NCBI RefSeq assembly: GCF_006345805.1
Contig: NC_042998.1
Coordinates: 95,852,001-95,916,000 of the forward strand
Direction of reading: 5' to 3'
Source of the DNA: Octopus sinensis
Lineage: Eukaryota
DNA length: 64,000 bases
The translations under genes were made by a program, and so were the position numbers. Below are positions 27,346 to 41,580 of the stretch, piece by piece (the first letter of the stretch is position 1; each line of letters opens with the position of its first letter). The notes beneath the pieces were generated by a model. That model was not told the origin of the DNA and searched no databases. It saw only the letters and a list, made by a program, of their open reading frames with translations.

Positions 27346-28104
27346 TATATATGAATGTTGAGACCTATAAGGCAGAGTGAGCCCACTGGCTAATCCACAC
27401 CCTCTACTACAAAAGATGATCGAGAAAACATGATGGACATCTCATTGGTAGACGGTGTCACCTCTGTGACTACGCTTAGGCTGAGTAGCCTTGCCTTTGA
27501 GAAGCAGATGCGACCACACTGGACACACAACGGATACATACATACATGCATGCATACACACACATACATACATACATACATACATACATACATACATACA
27601 TACATACATACATACATACTCTAGGCACGTTGTCATAGATGTCTATTCAATATCCTGGTTACTTAAAACTATCCCCTATAATTTTTGCCATAAATACAAG
27701 CCTAATAAAGGAAATAGCTATTTTCTTTGAGTAAATGCAAAGAAATAACCTTTTTGAAAGGATTATAGTAGTAATCAGACAGTAAAACTAAGTTAATACA
27801 TAAAACGTGGAAAATAACTATATATACATCTTGGCGATGAAAGAACCCGAAGTCAGCTACAGCAGATCGTGGAACTGTCGAGACTTTCAAACTGAAACAA
27901 GACCTATACTAGTTCAACAGAATTGTTACAACAGATGCCTCGATAGGCAACATAAAGAGACGTAAAGAATATTGGGATAAGAAATTCCTAACATTCTCAG
28001 TTTTTTCAGAGAAAGAATTACGCCAGCAAGCTACATTAATTGAAAAGAAATATGCCACCATACATGTGGAAATTATAAGCAAAATCATCAGATTTTGTTA
28101 GATT

Positions 28105-28160
28105 CATTGACCCGCGGATGACGAGACACAATATGTTGAAACACCGGTGTCCTAGAATCA
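28105..28160 (+). ncRNA. Decayed hammerhead-like motif
   Basis: CGGATGA (U4 changed to G), stem II gaca/tgtt, GAA, palindrome acaccggtgt, then C. Stem I is poor. Confidence 0.4.
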
Positions 28161-28662
28161 GCCTGCCCTAATGAATTGAATGTGTTATGAAGATATATTC
28201 GTCTTTGAGAAGCTGTCTTCCTATGACAAACACAAAAGTATTAGTATATTCATGTTCTAATCTGCCGAAACGTATTAAGAATAAACATGCAATTCATTGT
28301 GTATGTATGCATACAGTTTGTAGTACACTTAAGTCTTATTATTTATCATAAAGTAGCTATTGTATAGATTATATCTATTTACGAAAAGAACTTGCACCGA
28401 CAACAACGGCAGCGCATGCAGTAACAGCCAAGTTTTTCCCAAGAAGCCTTCAATGTGCACACGCGCATGTATGTGTGCGCATGTGTATATGCATGCACGT
28501 GTGCAGGTGTCTGTAAGTTTATGTGTTTTATGGGTATTTGCTTTTTTAAGTATGTATATATGTTTGTAGCTCTATTACTCTTGATAATCAGTCCACAACG
28601 TATTGTTTCCAGCTTGAAATCCGATGTAGAACGTCTTTAAAAGTGGCGCGCTGAATTATACA

Positions 28663-28709
<47 letters not shown>

Positions 28710-28883
28710 GCATGTGTCGAAGTGCGTAGGCTCGAAAAGTGAATGACTTTCTCGTTTTACCCGAGCATCAAACTATTACACTTGCTTGTTGTTCATACAC
28801 CTGACTTCGTCTTTCGTTTTTCTATCAATTTCAACTATCCACATACACAAATACACACACGCGCGCGCGCGTACACACACATC

Positions 28884-28924
<41 letters not shown>

Positions 28925-29093
28925 ACTTCACTCAGAAATTAGAATGCGACCTATTACTTGTATGATTCGGAAACGACAGCTCAGACTGTCGGCCATCTTG
29001 CTTGATTTTCTCCGAGTTGCACCCTGCCTACTGTGTTCTCTTTACTGAGGATTTGGTTGGGTTGACAGGTCATGTTGATCCACCACATATATG

Positions 29094-29124
<31 letters not shown>

Positions 29125-29175
29125 GCATACATACATACATACATACATACATACATACATACATACATACATACA

Positions 29176-29206
<31 letters not shown>

Positions 29207-29520
29207 GGCGCGCAGACGGGAGAGATATGCAGTGTTATATGTGTGGAAAATACTCGAGGAGCTGGCCCCAAACTTTGGAATTAAGAATTATACTAGACCT
29301 CGAACTGGACGTTCCAAAAGTCCCAGCTGTCTCATCTAAGGCGAGAACCATTTACTGCAATAGCTTGAGATTCAAGGTCCCACAGCTATTTAACGCCTTT
29401 CCAAAGGATCTGAAGGACCTCCATGGAGTGGGGGGTAGATGTTTTCAAGTCACAACTCGACATCTTGCTATTCAAGATTCCAGAAACTCAAAAGAGGACA
29501 GCGGTATCGAACTGCCTCCT
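29207..29520 (+). mobile_element. CR1/L2-group LINE 3' fragment
   Basis: RRRERYAVLYVWKILEELAPNFG...NSLRFKVPQLFNAFPKDLKDL. Confidence 0.7.
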
Positions 29521-29566
29521 TGATTCGCAATTCAATGATGATGTGTAGTGATTAGTTTGACTATAT

Positions 29567-29824
29567 ACTCGACAGAAACCTAAATCTAAAGATGAATTGT
29601 TTCGATTTTTGTTTGAAGAGTGGGCAGAAATTCCACAAGAGACAACCACGAAGCTCATCAGTTCAATGGCAAAAAGAGTTTCTGAATTGAAAACTGCAAA
29701 GAGAATGTCAACTAAACACTAAAGTAAATAGTCCTACCTATCGATTACATTTCAATTGTTCACTTTGCGAATTAAATAAACGATTTTGAAAATTATAGGT
29801 ATCTATTTATTTCCTGCATGTTTG
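29567..29824 (+). mobile_element. 3' fragment of the Tc1 family at 35641-36917
   Basis: Near-identical to the reverse complement of about 35641-35897, including the TIR. Confidence 0.85.
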
Positions 29825-29829
29825 TGTGC

Positions 29830-29924
<95 letters not shown>

Positions 29925-31342
29925 TATAGTCTGAGTAAAAAGTAAAACCTTAAAACCAGGAACTTTTTTCAGTTTTAGTTTCTCTTAATAAATAGGGAAG
30001 GTGTTGTAATTGTTTACTAGATCAAACCTGATCGAACAATCCAGGATCAGAGTATTCCAGCTGTGACCACTCTGATTTAAATTTTTCTAACATTACCTAC
30101 CAGAAAACAATGTTACTCAATGCGTCACTTTATTTTTAAAACAGTAAGATTTTAAAGAATTGATGATTTGAAAGAGATTTGGCCGCTATCTCTTTCTAGC
30201 AGATCAAGTAATTATGTAGATGTCTCACGTTAGATCATTTATGAGGCAAATTAACATGTTTTTAGTCATATTCCTCCTGATTCTCTGTTTTAATACCACA
30301 GATTACTTTTACCTTCTATAAAATCCTTCATAAACTGATCGCACAACGTCAGTTTCCATTCATTTATACCTTCGAAATTTTTGGAAGATATATGATTGTT
30401 AGACATGTCTCACTCTATAAATTTAGTGTCTCGTATGAAATTTCTCCGTAACTAAAGCAGCTACTTTATCTTTCATGTCTGTGTTATTTACATAGATTTA
30501 TCACACTGCCTGAAACAAAATACGAAGACAAAACTGTTCTTTACGTCTACGATTGATTATTGATTATTGATTATTTCGTCATGATAATGGCATTCCAATT
30601 GTTTTGTTAAATTCCTTAATAGTATTTATAATATCGCAATATATGTTTATATCCGGCGCTTTCTTGTACTTTCTTGATTTTAAAATGCATTTTGGTATTA
30701 TTTCGTTATGGATATATAAAATGGCCAGTAAGAAAGTAAAAAAAAATTTTAAATACAGAAAGTGAACGAATACATAATCGGCAATAAAATGATATTGAAA
30801 TATTTATTTCTGAATTGTTTATATATGGAAGAAATGACTGAAGTAGGAGATCCAATGCACCTATATTAATCGTGAAAGAGAATTGGATATGAAGGCTGAT
30901 TGAAAGGAATGACTTCTTACAAGACATTCACATCATAACTGATTCTACTGGTTGTACAATTGGGTTTCTTGCATAGGCGGGATTGATTCGCAATTCAATG
31001 ATGTGTAGTGATTAGTCACAGGATGTTGTCAATCGTGAAACATGTGCAAATAAAAGAGCTTGACACTTTAAAAGGTACGTCTCACCAAACGCAGCATTTG
31101 ACTATATACTTTCTTTTATGGGTCTCGTACCCGAATACCTCGCATTACAGAGTCCCTTATTTATTTGTTAGCAGCAACAAATAAACAGGTTCTTATCGGA
31201 ACAAAAGAAATAGCTAACTGGTTTGACAATTTCATATATGCGTATGTAGTATCTCTCTCACTCTCACACGCTCTCTGCCTGGTACTCTTTCTCCCCATCT
31301 TTCTCTCACTTTCTCGCTCTCTCTTTCCCCCTCTTTTCTCTC

Positions 31343-31456
<114 letters not shown>

Positions 31457-31684
31457 CGTGTGTGTGTGTGCGTGTGTGTTTGTGTGTATGTGTGTGAGTG
31501 TGTGTGTGTATATAGATATGTGTATATATAATATATATATATATATCTGTATCTCTCTCCACACACTCACAAACACACACACTCACAAACACACACACAT
31601 ATATTGTTATAGGTAAGGGATTATCAATCCGCGCAAAATATTTCAAACATGCATACATACATACATACATACATACACACCTTA

Positions 31685-32040
31685 AAAAATAAGGAATTCT
31701 GGTGCAGTACTTCAATAAAAGCAGCCACCTGGTACGAACATAATTGGCCAGATATAGCTGTATGGGACAAGGAGCAAATGTCCACCATTGTAGAGATCAG
31801 TTGGCCAGTGGTTGTGAAAATCTCTTTAAAAATTGGGCAAAAGAGGAAAATCTTTGGAAGACTGCTCTTTTATCCAGGCTATAGAGTTTCATTTGTTTCT
31901 ATTATCATAGATGAAATGGGTTATAGAAATCAAGAAATGCTTGAATTCTCCAAGAAAGATTAGAGCAAACCGATTCGCTTTCTCTAGAAACAGTCAATTA
32001 AAGAAACAGTGAAAATTTGTGAAACATTTTAGGATTTAAA
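31685..32040 (+). pseudogene. R4/NeSL restriction-like endonuclease fragment
   Basis: HNWPDIAVWDKE..TIVEISWP...YPGY...IIID resembles the PD-(D/E)xK REL domain. Confidence 0.65.
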
Positions 32041-32564
32041 CAGCAATGAAACATACACATTTGTGCTCCACAGTGATATGCACAACCATAAGTTCATTTT
32101 TATCCACATGCACACACATACACGCAACTCGCACGCATTTACGTACACATCGATTAATTCTGGTAATCACAAACAGTAGAGCCATTGTGTGTATGTGTGT
32201 GTGCAATGTGGTGATGCGGCAGTCGTAAGACAGATTGGAAGAAATGAAATGAGATCCATAACTTGAAACTTATACAGCATCAAATGCCATCGCAGTTGTT
32301 ACTGAGGAAGCCACCGGATTCTTTGGCTGGTAGAGCGCCCATATTTCCTTGTGGTTTACACCTTATCGAATTATTACCGATCATCATTGATGATGTGTTA
32401 CATGCATTGCTAGGCCCCTGCTTCGTAACTAATGACTGGTGTACCTATTAACAATACATGACATCGTAACTTAGCCTTTATATCGTAAATCACAATGATG
32501 CCACAATATACATCAACACCGTAGAAGAGACATGGATTCACATTAAATATAAATGTCGAAATAC

Positions 32565-32825
32565 AACTTCGTTGTGTGTTTTATATAAGTATTTCCATGG
32601 TCATTGCTCTGATGAAGCTTCTCATCTAGTACCCTCTGTCAACATCTTTAAACATGTCACCCACTTCTCTTCTCAAGTGTATCGTGTCTCTGTTGAGCTT
32701 CCTGTTCGTTATAACCCCTTTTATTCAAATAGATTCTCTCTCAAACTGCTACTCTCTGGAATTCATTACATCGTCTTGTTTCCCTCTGATCTATAATATT
32801 CAGTCCTTTAAACTTTCTGTCAATG
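32565..32825 (+). mobile_element. CR1-type LINE 3' fragment
   Basis: LYKYFHGHCSDE..LVP...FP..YNIQSFKLSVN. Confidence 0.6.
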
Positions 32826-32869
32826 TTTGTGAGGGCTTCAGAGTTTGTGTTCTGTCCCCATAGGTGATC

Positions 32870-33370
32870 TTGGTAGTTTGCATGGACACCATTGATTGAA
32901 TGCAGTCAACCGCGGAGTGATCTTGGCATTCATTTCTCAAGATTCTTTTGCATAGACGGCTGTTAACAGGACAATGCTAACGGTTGGCAATCGAAGTACT
33001 GTCTCGATTCTGAAGTTAACATCTTCCTCAGTACCTATCTCTGTAACAGTAATGTTGTCCCGGTAAGTGACGTTGGCGAGAAGAACCAATCTGCGCAGCC
33101 TGCGGGGGATAGTGGTGAAAAGAAGAATGAGGGTTTCATGTTATTTTTTCTGACTGCCAGAACAAATACTCAAGATAGCTTTACAACAGGTACCACAAGA
33201 GGGATGAAGAAAGAGAAGGAGACCCAAGAAGGTATGGTGCACCACCTTCAAAGAAGATCTGAAGTAACTTAATATCACCAGGAAAGATGCAAGCGATAAT
33301 GCTTAAAACTGAGACTATTGGAGACATCTTGCTGTCCAATGTACTGGCCAACTGTACGGAAGGAAATAAA
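32870..33370. mobile_element. RTE LINE 3' remnant with an inverted 5' part
   Basis: Minus piece SIVLLTAVYAKES*...RLTAF. Plus piece VKRRMR...RKRRRPKKVWCTTFKEDL...WRHL. Confidence 0.5.
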
Positions 33371-33543
33371 ACCAGGTGCCCCTTACACTGCCGTTGCCTA
33401 AAGCCTTGTTTAAGACGTAACCGTTAAAAAATATGCATGAAAATTCAGACAATCTTATCTCTACTTATCTGGAAGATCTTAACTTGTATCGTGTTCGTAC
33501 GTACACAAATATATATAGGTACTCGGACCGTTTGCGTGCACAT

Positions 33544-33777
33544 TAGTGGTTCTCAGCCACTTTTGTCTATGAACTCCTTTGATCCCTATTTTATTCAACT
33601 GGTCTCCCATAGCCATTTGATGTGTAAAAAAAATCCTATTATATTTTTATAATTAAATATTATTAGGAATTGTATAAAGAAATTGTTTAAATATTTTGTG
33701 TATTGTGGTATAAGAAATTTAATTGCACGTAGATTTTAACAACAAAATCGAATATGGACCCCGGTTGAGAACCAGTG
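33544..33777. mobile_element. hAT (Charlie-like) MITE
   Basis: TIRs tagtggttctcagcc / ggttgagaaccagtg. The 8-bp flanks differ only by transitions. Confidence 0.75.
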
Positions 33778-34989
33778 ATGTATACAAACAATATATCCAC
33801 AGCTGTTAACAAATATGTTAAACATAATTATGCTATACAACCATTTCATCTTAGTTTCTAGCTTTTAACAAAAACAATTTACAAACATATCGGACTTTCT
33901 CGTTATCCAACCATTTTGCTTCTGTAAATTTAACGATGATGAAAATGTAATTATATAATTATATCATTGGGATTTTCCTGCTATATAACATTTTAGTTCG
34001 GGATTTTAACAGTAAGAAAATTTATAAATACACTATTCGAAATTTCATGAAAAAATAAGGTGCGTTCAGTTTATTTTTGATTATTACGATTGTGATGTTT
34101 TTTTTTTTTAATATTCTGTCTGCCATTTTATGTACTCATAACAAAAGAATGATCGGTATTTATGTTGATAGATAAATTACTCGATCAAACCAGTAATTTG
34201 GGGTCAGATTATTTTTAAAAAACCAGCAAGCAGTTATGTTGTATCACAGGAGAGTCTTTAATAAGCACACGCAATAATCAGCACACGCACTGATTGCATT
34301 TCACTTCTTTTATTATTATTTGTTGACTAATAATACTGGTTAATGATTAACTATTTAACCAATTAACTAATCAAACGATTGATTGACGGATTGTTTGATT
34401 AAACATTCGGTCAATCAACCAACTACGGTTATAAAGTCCTTGCGTCTCCATTTGCGACCACATCAATAAAATGGCCTCTCTATTTCAGGCCTGCTTCAGG
34501 TCTGTCTACACGTCTCCTTGTTTACAGGTTATATATTTACATGAATGTGAAAATGTGCGGGGGGGGGGGGGGGAAGAGAGAGAGAGAAAAAGAGAGTGAA
34601 AAAGAGAGAAAAAACAGAAAGAGAGAGAAAGAGTGAGAGAGAGAGAGTGCGCGGGCGTGTGTGTTATTTTTTCTCTTTAAATATGTAACTTTAGACATTG
34701 TATAATTTATAGATTTTAATTAAATAAGAAAAATAATTTGGAATATTATATTTCAAATTTAATACAGTGTTTTCATCGGTAACGTGATCCCTGGCAAATA
34801 GTAAGAAACGTTTTAAAATTTTATCCCCCACAATCATCTATGTATGGGATTATCTACAATTTCTCAGAATTGTTCTACCTTCGCTGGAAGCAATGATAAT
34901 TGCAATAAATTAAGGATTTATACTGTATATTATTTAAAATACTTTTATCCACCTTTGTTTAACAAATATTTGTCATTGACCGCTCTGAC

Positions 34990-35527
34990 GTCATGGTGAT
35001 GGTTTGATGGTGTACTGCTAGCCTCATCTACTATAGCTTCTTAAACCTGGAAAAACCATTACTGCACAAACATATTGCTATGAAATTGTCAAAATGAACG
35101 AAAAACTACCAATCCTCCGCCCCAGACTGGCCAACAGAAGAGGACCAATCATTCTTCATGACAATGCTCGCCTACACGTTTCACTAATGACACTCCAACA
35201 GTTGAGGGAACTTGGCTACGAAGTTCTTCCCCACCCAGCGTATCGCCCAAACGTTTCTCCTACCGACTACCACTTTTTCAAGCACCTTGATGGTTTCCTA
35301 CGAGAGGAGTTCAAAAATCAAACCGATGCTGAAAATGCGTTCAAAGAGTTCATTTACTCCAGAACGCCAGATTTTTATGTTACCGGAATAAATAGACTTG
35401 TAACTAGTTGGCAAAAATGTGTTGATTGTAATGGTACTTACTTTGATGAACAAAATTTTCGCATTGTTGAAATATATTGTGAAGAATTTCATGTTTCAAA
35501 ACGTTGCTTACCTTTTTAACTCAGCCT

Positions 35528-35530
<3 letters not shown>
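34990..35530 (+). mobile_element. Mariner transposase 3' half with right TIR
   Basis: ILHDNARLH, LPHPAYRPNVSPTDYHFF and WQKCVDCNGTYFD (DD34D catalytic region). Confidence 0.88.
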
Positions 35531-35560
<30 letters not shown>

Positions 35561-35588
35561 TATATATATATACACAACACACACACAC

Positions 35589-35630
<42 letters not shown>

Positions 35631-35640
35631 CACACGCACA

Positions 35641-36917
35641 CAGACATGCAGGAAGTAAATAGACACCAATAATTTTCAAAATCTTTTATTTAATTCGCAA
35701 AGTGAACAATTGAAATGTAATCGATAGGTAGGACTATTTACTTTAGTGTTTAGTTGACATTACCTTTGCAGTTTTTAATTCAGAAACTCTTTTTGGCATT
35801 GAACTGATGAACTTCGTGGTTGTCTCTTGTGGAATTTCTACCCGCTCTTCACGCAACAATCGAAACAATTCATCTTTAGATTTAGGTTTCTGTCGAGTTT
35901 TTCGTATGACTCTATCTAGTATGCTCCAAAGATTTTCAGTTGGGTTCATGTCAGGAGATTGACTCTGACAAGGAAGCTTTTTGATCCCATTTTCAGTCAA
36001 CCATTGTTGATTCCTTTTCGCTGTGCGGCATGGAGCCCCACCTTCCATGAATAAAAACTCATTTTTTTGTTATGTTATCATGTGAATACATCGGAAGTAG
36101 TCCTTGCTTAAGAATTTCGATGTATTTTTCAGAGTTTATGGTTCCAACACATACATTCGATCAGCTCAGAACGACCACTGATGGTGACAGCTCCTCATAG
36201 CATTACAGAGATACCGCCATGTATTCACAGTTGGTTGGAGTTGTTTCAAATCAAATTCTTGATTGGGAAGCCTCCAAATCCAAACATGTCCACTGTCTGA
36301 AAATAATGCAAATCTGGATTTATCTGAGAAAATCATTCAATACCAAAATGAACTGGATTTTTCTGACATCTCCTTAGCCCATATCTTTGTTTTCATGATA
36401 TTAATTGGTTGAAGGAGAGGTTTTCTTCTAGCTGCTCGTTCATAATACCCAAGCTTATGCAGATATGTAACACATGTTCTTGGACTGACTTCTAGCTGTT
36501 TTGCAATGTCAGAAGCCTTCGAACAGGGTTCGTTTTCCACAATTCTCATCAAACAGCGAAGCTTCCTTTCCGAGGGTCCAGGTCGGCAGGGGCGAGAATC
36601 TGTTGATTCTTTTCCTTGACTTTTGAATTGCACTATAATTCTATTAACAGCAACAAGAGGAATTTGAAGATTTTCGGCAATTTTTCGCTGGCTAAAACCA
36701 GCCTCAGATTGCCCAACAATACGACCTCTTTGAAAATCTGACAGTTCTGTTGAAATTTTTGTGCGTGGCATGGTTACTCTTCGCAAATGTTTAATATAAT
36801 GGCACCTGGAATGAAAAAGTATAATTACATTGTAAATTCTACACCGCTGAAAACATTAAGACACTTAAATCAGAAATTTTGAAAATTAAAGATGTCTATT
36901 TACTTCCTGCATGTCTG
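35641..36917 (-). mobile_element. Tc1-like transposon, full length, transposase (about 36771-35743) disrupted
   Basis: TIRs cagacatgcaggaagtaaatagaca at both ends. [26 protein letters not shown] and QSPDMNPTENLW motifs, with a stop and frameshifts. Confidence 0.92.
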
Positions 36918-36951
<34 letters not shown>

Positions 36952-37282
36952 AGATATATATATATATATATTCTCCACCTCTCTTCATCTGACACCTATT
37001 TCCTCTCATCAATCCTAGCCACCTTCTCCCTTCATTGATACCCCCTCCGCCCACCTCACACATCGCACTCCCACTTACTCCATCCTCTACTCCAACATCC
37101 TCACACACTTACACATTCTCACATACACACGCACACGTTCACCTTCGTATTGGGGTCAGCAGTACTTTATTATCTCTCCTTCCTTGCTCTCATGTCTAAC
37201 TACCTTTGTCTAACCAGTCGCCATGATTGACCGCTAACTCCAAAAGTTTTTTTTTATTCTCTCTCTGTTTATTTCATCGTGT

Positions 37283-37378
37283 TCCTTTCTGTTGAAGAGC
37301 GTAGGCTCGAAGCGTAAACGACTTTCTCACCTTCCCAAGCGTCAAGCTTCGTGTTTTGTTTTTCTGTAAATTTCAACT

Positions 37379-37380
<2 letters not shown>
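37283..37380 (+). mobile_element. Penelope-type terminal fragment with a hammerhead-like hairpin
   Basis: ctgttgaa-GAGC gtag GCTC-gaagcgta. A sister copy lies at 28705-28840. Both end in tttcaactat before a simple repeat. Confidence 0.45.
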
Positions 37381-37477
<97 letters not shown>

Positions 37478-37756
37478 TATAACTCACAATATGTGCGTTT
37501 CTCCAAACTCTACACACACGTCACTTATGTCCTAAGGATGGTCATGCACTATAACATTTTGCCCAGGGTTCTCGCGTAAATGGACGTAAATGGACATAGT
37601 TTTTTGTATGTAGTGTTTTCCATATGTTTTAATCCTTTTATAAAAGTGAAAGGATTTTGTCTATTTATTTATTTCGACTGTCCACCTGCGCGATGACCCT
37701 GCCAGGAAATAGGATTTCGAAGCTGTCATTTGTTTTCATGTAAATAAATGTTTATG

Positions 37757-37872
<116 letters not shown>

Positions 37873-37877
37873 GATAG

Positions 37878-37934
<57 letters not shown>

Positions 37935-37981
37935 AGATAGATAGATAGAAGATAGATAGATAGGTAGATAGATAGATAGAT

Positions 37982-38034
<53 letters not shown>

Positions 38035-38193
38035 GTTTAAGAGACAGAAACACCCTCAAGCAAATTAATCATCATTGAATGACATTATCCACAATAAGTA
38101 CATATAGGACTAAATATTAAAATTATCAAAATTAATACCTACAATTCTTATTCCAAATTATCAAAATTAATACCTTCAATTATTATTTCAAAT

Positions 38194-38315
38194 CATATAC
38201 TTTACTACGCGCGTTTCATTACAACATATTCCTCGATATTGCTGAAATAGAATGTGTCTAAATACAATACCATATTAAAATGATTATATTGCCAATCTTC
38301 AGGTTTAACATATAT
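38194..38315 (-). ncRNA. Type-I hammerhead, core intact, stem I weak
   Basis: CTGAAGA (38302-38296), long stem II (ttggcaatata/tatgttgtaa), GAA, palindrome acgcgcgt, then A. Confidence 0.55.
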
Positions 38316-39405
38316 GAACTTATTTTGCTATTTACATCCTTTATAAAGACATGACAAACTAAAATTATATAACTAGAAGTTGTTGGAATAATTTTACTTT
38401 TCCTACTTTCATTCCACATTTCTGTTATTATTTACTAAATAGCAGTTAGACGATACAAAAAAGAACAGGAGATAACAAGGACGGATCATTCGGAGCTTCC
38501 TATCCTCAGTCGAGTACCAGATCGTCGTTGCAGTTTCGGCTGGTTACACACGAGACTGCTCCAATCTGGCTGGCCCCAAGAAAATCTAAGTTAAAAGCAT
38601 TAGACTCCTTAGAAGAAAGCAAACGAAATTATACGAAAACAAGGATGCACCCCCCCCCCGAGAAATGGAACACAAATACAATTACGAACAACAGGATATT
38701 AACAAAAGGTGTCTTTCGACTAAGGACAAATTAAATTAAGCTCGCGTGTGTGGAAGTGAATCCTTACGGCGGGAACATAAGAGATGAAAGTCGTGAGAAG
38801 GAATATAAGAGATGCTTCACGGCTGGTAGTCGAACCAAGAAAGAAAGGTCAGGCTTAGTGGAACGCCGGTCACGTGGAAGGAGAGAAGAGAGGTAGGGGG
38901 CAGAAGGATCGAAAAATTAAGGAGGGACGAGAAAGAGAGAAAAAGAAAGGAAAGGAATAGAGTGAGGTAAAAGAGGGGGATACAATCATATATATTTGTA
39001 TGTACTCGTTTGATCTAAATTCGGCATAAATCGGTATAATCACTTCTCATTATTTGCTTTGTTTGTTTTATTTTAAGCTGTGCCAGCTGTGTCAAGAGAT
39101 GATGACCTGAATTATTTTTCATCTAATATGCTTCTCTGGGTCACACTGTATATAAATGCAGAAGCAATCGTAAAATATCTTAAGATTCTGTGTAGGTGGG
39201 TAATTACTAACTGACGGACGCAAAGTAATATGGGCTTGAAATTTTGGCACAAGGCCAGCAAGTTCAGGGGTGGGGATAAGTCGATTGCATCGACCTCAGT
39301 GCAGAAATGGTACTTATTTTATCGACTTGGAAAGGATGAATGTCTAAGCTGAAACTACTACTACTACTACTGCTACTACTATACTACTACTACTACTACT
39401 ACTAC

Positions 39406-39445
<40 letters not shown>

Positions 39446-39460
39446 ATAATAATAATAATA

Positions 39461-39492
<32 letters not shown>

Positions 39493-39524
39493 TAATAATA
39501 ATAATAATGATAATAATAATAATA

Positions 39525-40045
39525 ATGCCCTGATGCTGTACCAGGCAGTGGCTTTCATGGCTTTTGATCTTATCTAATTGGAAGTGTTATCATGTACATT
39601 GTCTTGTCTTGGTATAAAAGATGGGCTACACCAAATCTGCTGCTCAATACCACAGATTTGCTTTTCAGTTGTTTGACCTTAACCAGTGGCTGATGATACG
39701 TGCATCTCTGATCACGAGTAGAAGTAGTGGGAGAGCATCATAGCCATGTGTTGAGAGGTGTTTTTTTTAGTTTAAATAATTCCCCTCTGGAAACATGGGT
39801 GTTTCGTTCGACATCCTTAAACAACCCTTATTCAAGGACCATTTGAGTGGGATGGGCTATTTGACTTGAAGAAAATTCTAACTGGGCCCCACCTACAAGG
39901 TCATGCGCTGTTTATCTTGACATGAGATCACCATGTCGCGCACATATAGTTAGTCATGATGGGTATAAGTCATGATGGGTATATTGGGTTTCGTATATTT
40001 TACCCCAGTGTCACTTTGATGGCATGCACTACTCTCTCACTCAAC
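39525..40045 (-). mobile_element. About 520-550 bp non-coding retroposon sitting in (TAA)n
   Basis: A second copy at 55198-55752 has the same ends. Both are flanked by (TAA)n on each side. Confidence 0.75.
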
Positions 40046-40454
40046 AATAATAATAATAATAATAATAATAATAAGAAGAAGAAGAAGAAGAAGAAAAAGA
40101 AGAAGGGAGGAGGAGGAGGAGGAGGAGAAGAAGAAGAGAAGAAGAAGAAGAAGAAAAAGAAAAAGAAGAAGGGGAGGAGGAGGAGAAGAAGAAGAGAGAA
40201 GAAGAAGAAGAAGAGAGAAGAAGAAGAAGAAGAAGAAGAAGAAGAAAAAGAAAAAGAAGAAGGGGAGGAGGAGGAGGAGGAGGAGAAGAAGAAGAAGAAG
40301 AAGAAGAAGAAGAAGAAGAAGAAGAAGAAGAAGAAGAAGAAGACACAGAAACACTAATACAGAAACACGACGACGACACAGAAACACTAATACAGCCCAA
40401 CAGAACAACTGGAAAATAACTCTCAAAAACTGGAACATCTACAATTTCGTGTAT

Positions 40455-40900
40455 TTTAAATTTCCCTCTAAAAAAATTTTTAAACTTACGTATCTATCAG
40501 TTTTCTGTGGACGAACACACAAACGATCATCTTTAAAACATTAAAACTTTAATATCTAAAACTTCTGTGAATATCTATCCTTTCCTTTCGAAAATGTGAA
40601 CATCCTTTTTCTTGTAAGAACACTACAGCTTTCTCTGTTCAGACATACAAGCGATCATCCATAGAAAATTTAAAAACTTTAATGTCTATAATTTTCTGTG
40701 AAAATTTTACCCTTCTTTTCTTTCCTTTAATTTCTCCCTGAGTATTCGAAAATGTAAACATCCTTTTTATTGCAAGAACACTACGGGTTTTCTCTGATGG
40801 GATCATCATTTAAGAATTTAAAAACTTTAATATCTACAATTTTCTGTTAAAATCTTACCCTTCTTTTTTCCCTGACTACCTTTTATTGCAGCAACACTAT
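40455..40900. repeat. Degenerate tandem repeat, about 3.5 units of 130-150 bp
   Basis: Recurring gatcatc..aaaactttaat.tcta..ttctgt and catccttt..ttg.aagaacacta. Confidence 0.7.
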
Positions 40901-41580
40901 TAAACGAACGATAAAAATTAAGGAGATAAGCGCCTGCTAATATATGCAAACCGCACAATTACGAAAACTGTAAACCTCATCAAAACCTATAAAAAAAAGA
41001 AAAATTCAAAAAGTTCAAAAAAATTCAAAAATTTAAAAATTCAACGATGTAAATATTAGTGTATATATATAATTAATTTTCCCTTTCAGCAATAAAAACA
41101 GAACATTGTGAAATGGTTTTTTTCCAAGGCCAAGATTAGCGCTCTCATTGATTGCTCGTTGTCGTAAACACATTTGACCTTAGCTGACCGCAAGTGTGTG
41201 ACGCTTCTTTTGTTCTGATTGCACAGGAATGCAAAGCCCTATTGTTGATCTTCTCACCATCTGCCGAAGCTATTTATAGACCCGTAAAATTTGGTCTATT
41301 CACCAAGCTGTTTCTCTTCCTCCTATGTCCTCCAACTTTCACATATTTATGATTATCACAAGTACACGGCAAAAGTCGAAACTAAACAGCATTTAATAAT
41401 ACCACACAGTAGTAGGAGCAAATATGGCAGACTTAACTAAATAACGGTTATACTGTTGCAATGGCTACAAATGTTAGCCACAACGATAAAGATCAAGGTA
41501 CTATTGGTGGTAACTGACAACAACCGTCTCTACATCTTCCACACAGGGCTCAATACTAATAATTTTAATGTAACACAATT

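Noticed and set aside
38475-38560. Hammerhead in the cagccgaaa...ctgagga repeat (also 59528-59595)
   Set aside because: The second core reads GAAT and the stems do not close in either topology.
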